From an uncultured Verrucomicrobiae bacterium (GTDB lineage: Bacteria > Verrucomicrobiota > Verrucomicrobiia > Palsa-1439): a stretch of DNA of 64,000 nt. The stretch is taken from NCBI GenBank assembly GCA_963812605.1, contig CAWEWF010000001.1, positions 1 through 64,000 of the forward strand, read 5' to 3'. Position 1 is the stretch's first letter; each line of letters opens with the position of its first letter. This document shows positions 43,722-53,864 of this stretch, piece by piece. The notes under the pieces were generated by a model. The model was not told the origin of the DNA. It was given only the letters and a program-made list of their open reading frames with translations, and ran no database searches. Position numbers and translations under genes: made by a program.

Positions 43722-43928
43722 ATGAACACGCCCCTCTGCAAATATCTTCGCACGAAGAAAATGTTTATCCCCGCGCACGAAGCCGAAGCGCTGACCGAGC
43801 CGGCGGAAGCCGGCGCCGATGCGGATGCCTTCTACTGGTGTAATTGCACGCTCAGCGAAATCGGTTCCGATGACAAACCCGCCCATCTCCGTGCTTGCAT
43901 CCCGGGCCGCGCCTGCTTCAAGGAATAG
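43722..43928 (+). CDS. small Cys-rich protein
   Basis: CKYLRTKKM..YWCNCT..GSDD..C...R.CF; starts 3 bp after the FAD subunit stop. Confidence 0.7.
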   Translation: MNTPLCKYLRTKKMFIPAHEAEALTEPAEAGADADAFYWCNCTLSEIGSDDKPAHLRACIPGRACFKE

Positions 43929-44085
43929 TCGGTGTAACGCAGGTCGCTCCCCGTTGCCAGCCCGGGCGCAACCCATAAACAACGTCCCTTCAGGGACTTG
44001 ACCTGCCTGCTAGAATTGAACGCAGTTGTCACAGCTCCTGTCAAAAAAGTCAGCTTCAAGTTGTGAACCTCAAGAGGATGAAATA

Positions 44086-45075
44086 ATGGAACAAGGAATC
44101 GGCGCAATTAACGAACAGGTCAAACGCGAAAGCGAATTTGTACGGGTGCTGGTCGGCGAAATCGGCAAGGTCATCGTCGGCCAAAAATATCTCATCGAGC
44201 GGCTGTTGATCGGGCTCCTGGCGGACGGGCATGTCCTGCTCGAAGGCGTGCCGGGCCTGGCGAAAACGCTGTCGGTGAAAACGCTGTCGGCGGCGATCCA
44301 GACGACGTTCCATCGCATCCAGTTCACGCCCGACCTGCTGCCCGCCGACGTGATCGGCACGTTGATCTACAATCCCAAGGACGGCGAGTTCCGGATCAAG
44401 AAAGGCCCCGTGTTCGCCAATCTGATTCTCGCCGACGAAATCAATCGCGCCCCCGCGAAAGTGCAGAGCGCGTTGCTCGAAGCGATGCAGGAGCGCCAGG
44501 TCACCATCGGCGACCAGACGTTCAAGCTGCCCGAGCCGTTTCTGGTGCTCGCCACGCAGAACCCGATTGAACAGGAAGGCACCTATCCGCTGCCCGAAGC
44601 GCAGGTTGACCGCTTCATGCTCAAGCTGTCGATCGATTATCCGAGCAAACAGGAAGAGCGCGAGATCATGGATCGCATGGCCGAGACGGGCAAACACATC
44701 GTCACGCAGGCGGTCGTCACCCCGGAACAGATTTTACGCGCGCGCAAGGTGGTCGACTCCATCTACATGGACGAGAAGATCAAGAATTACATCGTCGATC
44801 TCGTCTTCGCCACGCGCGATCCCAAGTCCTACAACATCGATGTCGCCGGCCTCATCCAGTACGGGGCCTCGCCGCGCGCCACGATTTACCTGGCGGTCGC
44901 CGCAAAAGCGTACGCGTTCCTCCAGGGCCGGGGTTACGTGACGCCGCAGGACGTGAAAACCATCGGCATGGATGTCCTCCGCCATCGCGTCATCGTCAGC
45001 TACGAAGCCGAGGCCGAGGAAATGACCAGCGAAGATGTCATTAAACGAATTTTCGACGAAGTGCCTGTACCGTGA
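44086..45075 (+). CDS. moxR: MoxR family AAA+ ATPase
   Basis: GVPGLAKT, RIQFTPDLLP, LADEINRA, ATQNPIE. Confidence 0.95.
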   Translation: MEQGIGAINEQVKRESEFVRVLVGEIGKVIVGQKYLIERLLIGLLADGHVLLEGVPGLAKTLSVKTLSAAIQTTFHRIQFTPDLLPADVIGTLIYNPKDGEFRIKKGPVFANLILADEINRAPAKVQSALLEAMQERQVTIGDQTFKLPEPFLVLATQNPIEQEGTYPLPEAQVDRFMLKLSIDYPSKQEEREIMDRMAETGKHIVTQAVVTPEQILRARKVVDSIYMDEKIKNYIVDLVFATRDPKSYNIDVAGLIQYGASPRATIYLAVAAKAYAFLQGRGYVTPQDVKTIGMDVLRHRVIVSYEAEAEEMTSEDVIKRIFDEVPVP

Positions 45076-45957
45076 TCCCCAAGGAAGTCCTCAAAAAAGT
45101 CCGGCAGATCGAAATCCGCACGAACCGTGAAGTCACGGACGTGCTCGGCGGCCAATACCATTCCGTTTTCAAGGGGCATGGGATGGAATTTGAAGAAGTG
45201 CGCGAGTATCTGCCGGGCGATGAGGTGCGTTCCATCGATTGGAACGTCACGGCCCGCTTCGGCCATCCGTACATCAAGAAGTTCAAGGAGGAGCGCGAAC
45301 TCACCGTCCTCCTGATCGTCGATGTCAGCGCCTCGGGCCAGTTCGGCAGCGTCCGCCAGACCAAGAACGAGTTGGCCGCCGAGCTTGCCGCCGTGCTCGC
45401 GTTCTCCGCCATTCGCAACAACGACAAGGTCGGCCTCATCATGTTCACCGACCAGGTTGAAAAATACGTGCCGCCAAAAAAGGGGCGGCGCCACGTGCTT
45501 CGCGTGATCCGCGAGATCCTCGCGTTTCAACCAAAAGGCCGCGGGACAAACCTGAAGGCGGCGCTCGATTATCTCAACCACGTCCAATCACGGCGGGCGG
45601 TCACGTTTGTGCTCTCGGACTTCCAGGTGCCGGACGAAGAGACGGTCCGCAAGAAACTGCGTGTCGCCAGCAAGCGCCACGATGTCATTGCGCTGAGCCT
45701 GCGCGACCCGCGCGAAGAGGAACTGCCCGGCGGTCGGCCTGGTGGAACTTCGCGACGCGGAAACGGACGAGCGGGCCCTGGTCGACACTTTCGACCGAAA
45801 CGTCCGCGAACAGTTTGCTTTGAAATCGCGCCTGCGGCTGGAAGCGCTGCGCCGCCTGTTGCGGTCCGCCAGCGTCGACCACGTGGAGATTCGCTGCGAG
45901 GCGGATTACACGCTGCCGCTGATCAAATTTTTCAAAATGCGCGAGCGCCGAATCTAA
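45072..45957 (+). CDS. DUF58 domain protein; frameshift near 45730
   Basis: G.GMEFEEVREY.PGDEVRSIDWNVTAR. Confidence 0.9.
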
Positions 45958-45958
45958 A

Positions 45959-46459
45959 ATGGAAGATATCCGCGACATTAAGGGGCTCGTCCCGCTACCG
46001 CACAATTGGTGGTGGCTGTGCTTGCTGCTCATTCTTGCCGCGGCGCTGGCATACTGGCTGTGGAAACGCCGGCAGTCAACCGACGCGACCCCGGCCCTCC
46101 CTCCACTGACGCCCTACGAACTGGCGATTCGCGCGCTCCAGCAGTTGCGCGAGGACAATCCGCCGGCGGAAGAATTCTACACCCGTCTCTCGGACATCGT
46201 CCGCCATTACCTTGAAGGGCGTTTCCACTTGCACGCGCCCGAACAGACGACCGAGGAGTTCCTCTATGAGGTCTCGGAGAACAACGTATTGACCCGGGAA
46301 CACAAGGATTTGCTCGGCGCATTCCTGCAGGAATCCGACCTCGTAAAATTCGCGCGGCATCATCCGGAGCCAGCGGACATGCAGCGGGCGCTGGAAGCCG
46401 CGGATAAGTTTGTGCATGATACGCAACCGCAGGCGCAGGAGGTCGTCGCGGCCGCATGA
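45959..46459 (+). CDS. Bat-operon membrane protein (DUF4381-like)
   Basis: DIRDIKG, TM helix, EQTTEE, DLVKFA. Confidence 0.8.
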   Translation: MEDIRDIKGLVPLPHNWWWLCLLLILAAALAYWLWKRRQSTDATPALPPLTPYELAIRALQQLREDNPPAEEFYTRLSDIVRHYLEGRFHLHAPEQTTEEFLYEVSENNVLTREHKDLLGAFLQESDLVKFARHHPEPADMQRALEAADKFVHDTQPQAQEVVAAA

Positions 46460-47454
46460 AACTCGCAAGTCCATGGTTCCTGCTGCTCCTGTTGGTATTG
46501 CCGTTGTGGCTTTGGTGGGAGCAACGCCTGGCGCGGCAGGGCGGCCTGAAATACTCTTCCGTCGCGACGGCCCGGTCGTTGTCGTCCTTTTGGGCGTCAC
46601 TCGGCCCGGCGTTGTTGCTCCTACTGCGCGGGGCGACCCTGTTGTCGGTTGTGGCCGCGCTGGCGCGACCGCAATTGGGCCGCAGCGAAAGCAAAATCAG
46701 GACCGAAGGCATCGACATTGTCCTGGTTCTGGATATTTCCGGCAGCATGCAGGCGATGGACTACGAAAAGGGCGGGCAACGCCAATCGCGCATCGACGCG
46801 GTCAAAGACGTGGTGCGCGAATTCATCCGCGCCCGCTCCAACGACCGCATCGGGATGGTCGTATTCGGCACGCGCGCCTACGTGGCCAGCCCGCTGACGC
46901 TCGACCACGATTGGCTCGAACGCAACCTGGATCGGGTCCGCATCGGCCTGGTGGAAGGCAACACGGCCATTGGGGCCGGCATCGGCACAGCGGTCAATCG
47001 ATTGCGCGACACGAAGGCGAAGAGCAAAGTGATCGTGCTGTTGACCGATGGCGGCGAAAACGTCCGCAACCCGCCGGCGCTCGACGCGGCTAAAGCCGCG
47101 AAGGAATTCGACGTGCGCGTGTATACCATCGGCGCCGGTTCGCAAGGCGTCGCACCCATGCCGGTCTTCGACCAGGCCGGTAACCTCCGGGGATATCAAC
47201 AAATCGAAGCTGATTTGGACGAAGATCTGCTGAAGCAAATCGCGGCGACAACCGGCGGACAGTATTTCCGCGCCGCGGACACCGCATCGTTGCGGAAAAC
47301 CTATGCGCAGATTGATTCGATGGAGAAACAAAAGGTCGAGACGCTCGCCTACGAAGACTGGCAGGAGTTGTTCCCGTGGTTTCTGGCGCCGGGGTTGGGA
47401 TGCCTGCTGCTGGGTGTCACGCTCGAACAAACACGGCTGCGGAGGCTGCCGTAA
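46456..47454 (+). CDS. batA: BatA VWA domain protein
   Basis: ALARPQ, DISGSM MIDAS, TAIG, LLTDG. Confidence 0.9.
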   Translation: MKLASPWFLLLLLVLPLWLWWEQRLARQGGLKYSSVATARSLSSFWASLGPALLLLLRGATLLSVVAALARPQLGRSESKIRTEGIDIVLVLDISGSMQAMDYEKGGQRQSRIDAVKDVVREFIRARSNDRIGMVVFGTRAYVASPLTLDHDWLERNLDRVRIGLVEGNTAIGAGIGTAVNRLRDTKAKSKVIVLLTDGGENVRNPPALDAAKAAKEFDVRVYTIGAGSQGVAPMPVFDQAGNLRGYQQIEADLDEDLLKQIAATTGGQYFRAADTASLRKTYAQIDSMEKQKVETLAYEDWQELFPWFLAPGLGCLLLGVTLEQTRLRRLP

Positions 47455-48455
47455 TGCAATTTGGCAATCCAACGTCGTTCTGGCTGCTGCTCCTGGGACC
47501 GGCGTTGGGAGTGCTTTTGATTTGGGGATTTCGTGCGCGGCGCCGGGCGCTCGCGCAGTTTGCCGCCCCGCCACTGGCCGACCGGCTGGCCGATTCCGTT
47601 CGACCGGTCGCGCGCCGCTGGAAAGCCATTTGATTGTCATCGCGGTGTTGTTGGCGGCGCTGGCGCTGACCCAACCGCGGTGGGGGTTCGAATGGCGCGA
47701 AGTGAAACGCAACGGCGTGGACATCGCGGTCTTGCTCGACGTCTCCAAGAGCATGTTGACCGAAGACGTGCGGCCCAACCGGCTGGCGCAGGCGAAATAC
47801 GCCGTGCAGGATCTGCTGGAGAAAGCTCCGGGGCGACCGGATCGGTTTGATCGCCTTTGCGGGGACCGCCTTCGTGCAATGCCCGCTAACCGTGGACTAC
47901 GAAGCGTTCCGCCTGACCTTGAAGGATGCCGATCCACGAATCATCCCGCGCGGGGGCACGGCCATCGGGGTGGCGATTCGTACCGCGCTCAAAAGCTTCG
48001 AATCCGGCGAGGGACGCGACCGGGCGATCGTGCTCATTACGGACGGCGAAGAAACGGAAGGCGACGCGCTGGTGGCGGCGGACGAAGCGGCGAAGGCGGG
48101 CGTGAAGATATACACGATCGGTGTCGGCACGGCGGAAGGTGAGTTGATCCCCATCCGTGAAGAAGGGAAGCCGATGGAATTCCTGAAAGACCACGAGGGC
48201 CAGGTGGTCAAGTCGCGGCTGAACGAGGAGATGCTCAAGCAACTCGCGTTGAAGACGGGTGGCATCTACGTGCGCAGCGTGCCCGGTGACTTCGGCATCG
48301 ACACGATCTACGATAAAGGCATCGCGCAACTACAGCGCAAGGAATTTTCAGCGCAACTGCAGAAGCGTTACTACGAGCGCTTCCAATGGCCCCTGGGGCT
48401 CGCGTTTGCGCTGTTGGTCGTTGAATCCTTTGTCAGCGACAGGAGGACAGCATGA
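47454..48455 (+). CDS. batB: BatB VWA domain protein; two frameshifts
   Basis: PRWG, DVSKSM..DVRPNRL, ITDGE. Confidence 0.85.
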
Positions 48456-49243
48456 GATTGTGGTGTCTCCTGTTGCTATTCCCATCCGTGGCGCTGGCGA
48501 AGACCGAAACCTGGCCGCGGTTTTACAATGACGGCGTGACGGCTTATCACAGCAACGATTTCGCACGCGCCGCAACGTTGTTTGAAAGCGCGACCGCCTC
48601 TCCCGATCGCGCCTTGCAGCAACGCGCGCTCTACAATTTGGGGAACACCAGTTACCGCCTCGGCGAAGCCAAAGCGCAGCAGGCGCAGCAGCTCTGGCAA
48701 CGGGCCGTCAAGAGCTATGAGAGCGCGCTTGCCCTCGACCCACACGATACCGACGCCAAATTCAATCACGATTTTGTGCAAAAAAAGCTCGAAGAACTGA
48801 AGAAACAGCAACAACAGCAGCAGCAAAATCAACAAAACCAGCAGGACAAAAAACAGGACCAGAAGAAGGACAAGGACCAACAGAAACAACAGCAGCAACA
48901 ACAAAATTCGCAGAGCCAGCAACAAAAACCCGAGAACCAGGAATCTCAACAACAGAAACAGCAGCAACAACAGCAGTCGCCGGAACAACAGAAACAGGAA
49001 CAGCAAAAGGCTGAGCAGAAACAGAAGGAGGACCAGCAGAAACAGCAGGCGCAGCAGCAACAGAAGGAGTCGCCCCCGGAACAGCAGCCCCAACCGCAGG
49101 GAGGTCAACCCGAGAATGAAGAGAAGCGGGAGGCCGCCGCGTTGCTCGACAATCTGCGCGAGGACGAACGCAATTGGAATTTCTTTCCCGAAGTCCAAAT
49201 GAAGGACTTGAAAGACTCGGGCGAACCGGCCAAGGATTGGTAA
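48452..49243 (+). CDS. batC: BatC TPR protein with Gln-rich linker
   Basis: YNLGN TPR, Q/K/E-rich tract, ends KDW. Confidence 0.85.
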   Translation: MRLWCLLLLFPSVALAKTETWPRFYNDGVTAYHSNDFARAATLFESATASPDRALQQRALYNLGNTSYRLGEAKAQQAQQLWQRAVKSYESALALDPHDTDAKFNHDFVQKKLEELKKQQQQQQQNQQNQQDKKQDQKKDKDQQKQQQQQQNSQSQQQKPENQESQQQKQQQQQQSPEQQKQEQQKAEQKQKEDQQKQQAQQQQKESPPEQQPQPQGGQPENEEKREAAALLDNLREDERNWNFFPEVQMKDLKDSGEPAKDW

Positions 49244-49245
49244 CC

Positions 49246-50948
49246 ATGCGATCGTTCCTGATTCTCGGATTTCTGCTGGCTGCGACGCGCGTCTTCGCCG
49301 ATGTGTCCGTCGTTGCGTCCGTGGACAGGAACCGGATCAGCTTCGGCGAATCCGTCACGTTGACCATCGCGGTGCAAGGCGCACAAGACGCTGCGCCGCC
49401 AGCCATTCCGGCGGTGGATGGTTTGTCTTTTGGTGGCGCTTCCTTTCTGAACAGTTTTTCCATGGACAACGGGCAGACAAGTCATTCGCTCAACTTCACG
49501 TATCAAGTCACACCGGGTCGGATCGGCGAATTCACCATACCGGCGATTGCCGTGAATGTCGGGGGCAGGGATTATCTCACTGCGCCGATCAAGCTGGTCG
49601 TGGAGAAGGGGGGTGCGCAAGGCGAACTTGGGCAGGCGCTTTTCGGCCGCGTCAGCCTCTCTTCGCAGCAAGTCTACATCGGACAAACTGCGCCATTGGA
49701 TGTGGTTATTTACGCGCGCGCCGATGTTCCCCTGCGGGGTCTCAATGGGTTCAACTATCAAGCAGATGGTCTGGGCTACAAGTTTGTTCAGAGCATGAAA
49801 CTCAACAGCCAGGTCATCAATGGTGAATCGTTCAACGTCGGAGTAATCCAGGGAGCCATCTCGCCGATGACCACGGGCACGGTAAATTTTGGGCCGTGTG
49901 TCTTGAAGGCGCAACTAGCCGTCCCAAATCGTGGGGCCAACTCGCTTTTTGATGACATGTTCGGCCGCACACAGGTGCGTGAAGTGCCGATCACGATCGA
50001 TGCCGTGCCGTTCACGGTTTTGCCACTACCGGAAGAGGGCCGGCCAGCGGACTTCTCCGGCGCGGTTGGCCAATGGAACCTCGAAGTGACGGCCAAGCCG
50101 GCAGAAGTGGCCGTCGGCGACCCGATCACGTTCACGATTAAAATCAGCGGCAACGGCAACATCGACACCGTCCCAGCGCCGAAGCTCGGCGCGCTGGATG
50201 AATTCAAGACCTATGAGCCGACGACGAAGACAACCAAGGACGACTTGAACACGACGGGTGAACGGGTCATCCAGCAAGTACTCATCGCCCGCAGCCCCGA
50301 GGTGAAACAGCTTCCCGAAGTACGCCTGGCCTATTTCGACCCGGTGGCCAAAGCCTACAAAACCGCGGTCCAGGCACCCATGAAACTTGTCGTGAAAGCC
50401 GGGCAGTGGCGGTCCAAGCACGATTGTCAGCGGCGGCAACCGGTTGCGGCCGGAAGAAAAACTCGGTCAGGACATTGTGTATCTCAAAGGCGATCTCGGC
50501 CCGGTCGCCGCCCGCCACGCCATTTTGCGCCACGCCGACGTTTTGGGCGCTGAACACCATGCCCGTGCTCGCGTTGCTGGGGGGAATCGGTTGGAAGAAG
50601 CGCACGGACAAACTGCGGGGCGACGTCGCCTACGCCCGCCGCGTGCGCGCCGCCCGGGAAGCGCGCAAACTTCTCGCCGCCGCGAAAAACTACGACGAAG
50701 TGCAACATGCGCTGCAGCATTATCTCGGCGACCGCCTGAACATTCCCGCCGCCGGCATCACCACTTCCATCGTGGAAGAAGAGCTTATACCACGCGGCGT
50801 GAACGGCGAACTGGCAGCGGATTTGAAGGCGTGTTTTGAGGCGTGCGATGCCGCACGCTTTGCCGGCGGAAGCGCCGGTACAACCCTGGCGGCCACACGG
50901 GAAAAAATAGAACAAGTGATTGATGAACTTGAGAAGATACATTTATAG
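49246..50948 (+). CDS. batD: BatD family protein; frameshifts near 50400-50510
   Basis: ASVDRNRI, FSGAVG, GDPITF, YFDP. Confidence 0.85.
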
Positions 50949-51686
50949 CGCGATCGTCCTCGTCTGGTTGCTTGGTTTGTCCACGGCATTGGCAGCGCCG
51001 GGCGACGACTTCAAGGCGGCCAACCAGCTTTACGACGCTGGTAAATTCGCCGAGGCAGCGGCGGCTTATGAGAAGATTGAGCCGAAGACGGCGCACGTGT
51101 ACTACAATCTGGGCAATGCCTGGTTCCGCGAGAACAAGCTCGGCCTGGCGCTCCTCAACTACGCGCGGGCGCGACGGCTGGCGCCACGCGACCCGGATAT
51201 TCTCGCAAATCTCAAGTTCGCCCAACAACGGCTCGGCGTGGATGAAATAAATACGCCACCGCGCGCCTTGCAGAGGCTGCTGCGGTCCGTAGTCGATAGC
51301 TTGCACCGCCAGCGAATGGAGCGTCGGCGAAGTGGTCGGGCCTTTGGTTGCTGGCGCTGGCCATTGGCGTGCGCGTTTATTTCCCGAAAATCCGCACGGC
51401 ATTCCTGGTCATCGCAGCGGCCGGTTTAATTGGATTCGGATTCTCGGCTTTTGCGCTGGGCTATCAGGTAATCAACGATCACGCGGCTCCCGAGGCCGTC
51501 ATCGTGGCAGGCGAGACGGAAGCGCGTTTTGCCCCGGTGGCTGATTCGACCGTTCATTTCCGGCTCGCGGAAGGCACCCAGGTGGCTATCCGGGAAGACC
51601 GGGGGCAATGGCTCTTCGTGGAACGCGCGGACGGCCAGCAGGGATGGGTGAAATCGGAAGCTCTTGGACGGATCACGAACTTCTGA
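50923..51686 (+). CDS. batE: BatE TPR-SH3 protein; frameshifted
   Basis: YYNLGNAW, RLAPRD.DI..NL, LAEG..GWV (SH3b). Confidence 0.85.
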
Positions 51687-51693
51687 CAATCTT

Positions 51694-52059
51694 TCAATGA
51701 AAGTTGATCAGCCGCATCCGGTAGAATTGATGCGTGGACGTTGCGAAGTCGCTTACCTCGCCGCTGACGCTCCCGGTCACCATCAACATCGAGGAGTAAT
51801 CCGCCCAGGACACCACATTGGTGCTCCGCTGAATCGTAAAGGTGGTAACGTTCGTGCCGGTGGGGTCGATCACGGCGAAATCGACGCCGATGCTATTGTC
51901 TGCCGGCCGGTAGACAACTCCCGTGATGCCCGCTCGCACCCCTGCGGCATTGGTAATTGTTAGATCTGACCACGCCGACCCGGCACTCACCAGAAAGGCG
52001 AGGGCCACGATGAGTTGACTGACTGCGGCGTGCCCGATCCTCCTTCGGGCCGTTCCCAT
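51694..52059 (-). CDS. small secreted protein made only of the shared C-terminal-type domain
   Basis: signal-like LIVALAFLVSAGSAWS, IQRSTNVVSW, ends QFYRMRLINFH. Confidence 0.65.
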   Translation of the reverse strand: MGTARRRIGHAAVSQLIVALAFLVSAGSAWSDLTITNAAGVRAGITGVVYRPADNSIGVDFAVIDPTGTNVTTFTIQRSTNVVSWADYSSMLMVTGSVSGEVSDFATSTHQFYRMRLINFH

Positions 52060-52196
52060 ACAGTAAGTTCGTCCACGGTGCGGACTCTGTCAATCGGCTC
52101 GCGAAGAACGGTCGCCGCTTGACGCGCGGATGAATTCCGACGATAAATAAGTGGAGCGGGATTGTTGTAGCGATTTTGATAATGGAGGAATTGGCC

Positions 52197-53468
52197 ATGA
52201 TGAATTTGGAAGCTCAGGTACATGAATTTGTTCGGGAAGGATTTGCTCACAAATCCGGCAAAGCCGCGGTGACGGCGAAGGATGATCCCGAATGGCGCAA
52301 AGTGCGCGACGTGGGAACGCGTTTGTGGCTCGACACAGGCGACATGGATGAGGCGGCCAAGTTGTGGAATTCATCGTTCGACGCGCTGACGACCAACAAC
52401 ACGCTGCTGAACAAGGAAATCCAAAAGGGGATCTACGACGACCTTGTCGCCAAGGCCGCCCGCGTCGTCCTTGAAGCCGCGCCAAAAATCAGCGAGCCGG
52501 ACCTTATCCTGGAGATCGCGTTCATCCTGAACGCCCACCACGCGCTGCGGCTCGTCGACCGATTCGGCGCGTTCGTCAGCGTTGAGTTGCATACCGATCT
52601 TTCCAATGACGTCGAGCGCACGGTCGCCTACGGCAAGCGCTACTTCGCGATTTGCCCCGAAAGATTCTATGTGAAAGTGCCGCTCACGCCCGCGGGCTAT
52701 CTCAGCGCGCGCAAACTCGCGCAAACGGGTATCCCGCTCAACTTCACGCTGGGCTTCTCCGCGCGGCACAATTATGTCGCCGCCTTGCTCACCAAGCCCG
52801 ATTACGTCAATGTGTTCCTCGGGCGGCTGAACTCGGTTGTGGCCGACAACAAACTGGGGGACGGTCGTAATGTCGGCGAGAAGGCGACGTTGGCCACCCA
52901 GCGCGAATTGCTCACCCTCCGCAAGGCAGGCCGCACCAAAACGAAACTCATCGCCGCCAGTATCCGCTCGGGCGCCCAAATCGGCGATCTCGCCGGGGTG
53001 GACATCTTCACCATGCCAACTAAGGCCGCCACCGAGTACCGCGCCAACCCGCGTCCAGAAGTCGTCTCCCAGGTGAACAAGGACCCCGAGGTGCCGCTTA
53101 CCAACGGTGTGACCCTCGCACAATTTGGCGGGGAGACACTTTGGAACGTGCCGCCGCCATTCCAGGCTGCTGTCGAAGATCTGCTCCACAAAAACCTCGA
53201 CACGCTTACGCCCGACGACCTGCAAGCGCATTTCGAGAAGGCTGGCCTGGGCGGTTTCCTGCCGCGTTGGACCGCCGCCGACATCCAGACCGCAACGAAG
53301 GACGGGAAGATTCCTGTCTACGCGACCTGGAAGGACCGTCTGGCATCCGGCAAAGTCGGATTGGATGCCTTGATGAATCTCAGCGCGCTCTACTCCTTCG
53401 CGACCGACCAAAAGGCGCTCGATGATCGTATCCGTTCGCTGCTAAAGAAGGCGAACATTCAGGCATAG
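52197..53468 (+). CDS. transaldolase family protein with C-terminal extension
   Basis: WLDTG, TTNN, VKVP (Schiff-base Lys), NFTLGFS, VFLGR, AASIR; RBS GGAGG. Confidence 0.85.
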   Translation: MMNLEAQVHEFVREGFAHKSGKAAVTAKDDPEWRKVRDVGTRLWLDTGDMDEAAKLWNSSFDALTTNNTLLNKEIQKGIYDDLVAKAARVVLEAAPKISEPDLILEIAFILNAHHALRLVDRFGAFVSVELHTDLSNDVERTVAYGKRYFAICPERFYVKVPLTPAGYLSARKLAQTGIPLNFTLGFSARHNYVAALLTKPDYVNVFLGRLNSVVADNKLGDGRNVGEKATLATQRELLTLRKAGRTKTKLIAASIRSGAQIGDLAGVDIFTMPTKAATEYRANPRPEVVSQVNKDPEVPLTNGVTLAQFGGETLWNVPPPFQAAVEDLLHKNLDTLTPDDLQAHFEKAGLGGFLPRWTAADIQTATKDGKIPVYATWKDRLASGKVGLDALMNLSALYSFATDQKALDDRIRSLLKKANIQA

Positions 53469-53864
53469 ACCTAAACGCTGGCACGAATTCTCGCACAGCA
53501 ACTCGTTCCCAAACCGCCTCCACTGGCGGAAAACGAACCCATTTGTCATTTTTGTGCAATGTACCTTAACTATTTAGTACCCTGACCTTTCCAATGGCAT
53601 TTTAACAAAAACGATTTGGGTTCGTTTCGCAGAAAGCAGTGTTTTTTGCACCCTCTCCCTCGTCAAAACTCACCGCCCGAACTCAGTTGTCAAAGAACCG
53701 CAACCATTCTAGCTGCAACCCCTCCGCTCGTCCAGCCAAATATCAATTTACGATATTATCTCCTGTGTAAGAAAGCCTTGCTTTCGGGAAACCAGCGGTA
53801 TAGAAGCCTCTCAGGCGAGGATTCTGATTTGGTCTGTGGCTCAAAGCGGTGAAAGGCGGCGAGC

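Noticed and set aside
48476-49198. Leu-rich apparent membrane protein and CAG/CAA microsatellite
   Set aside because: Reverse complement of the Gln-rich BatC linker, a normal feature of that family.
44086-51686. moxR-bat operon as a novel system
   Set aside because: It is a well-known conserved operon in its usual gene order.
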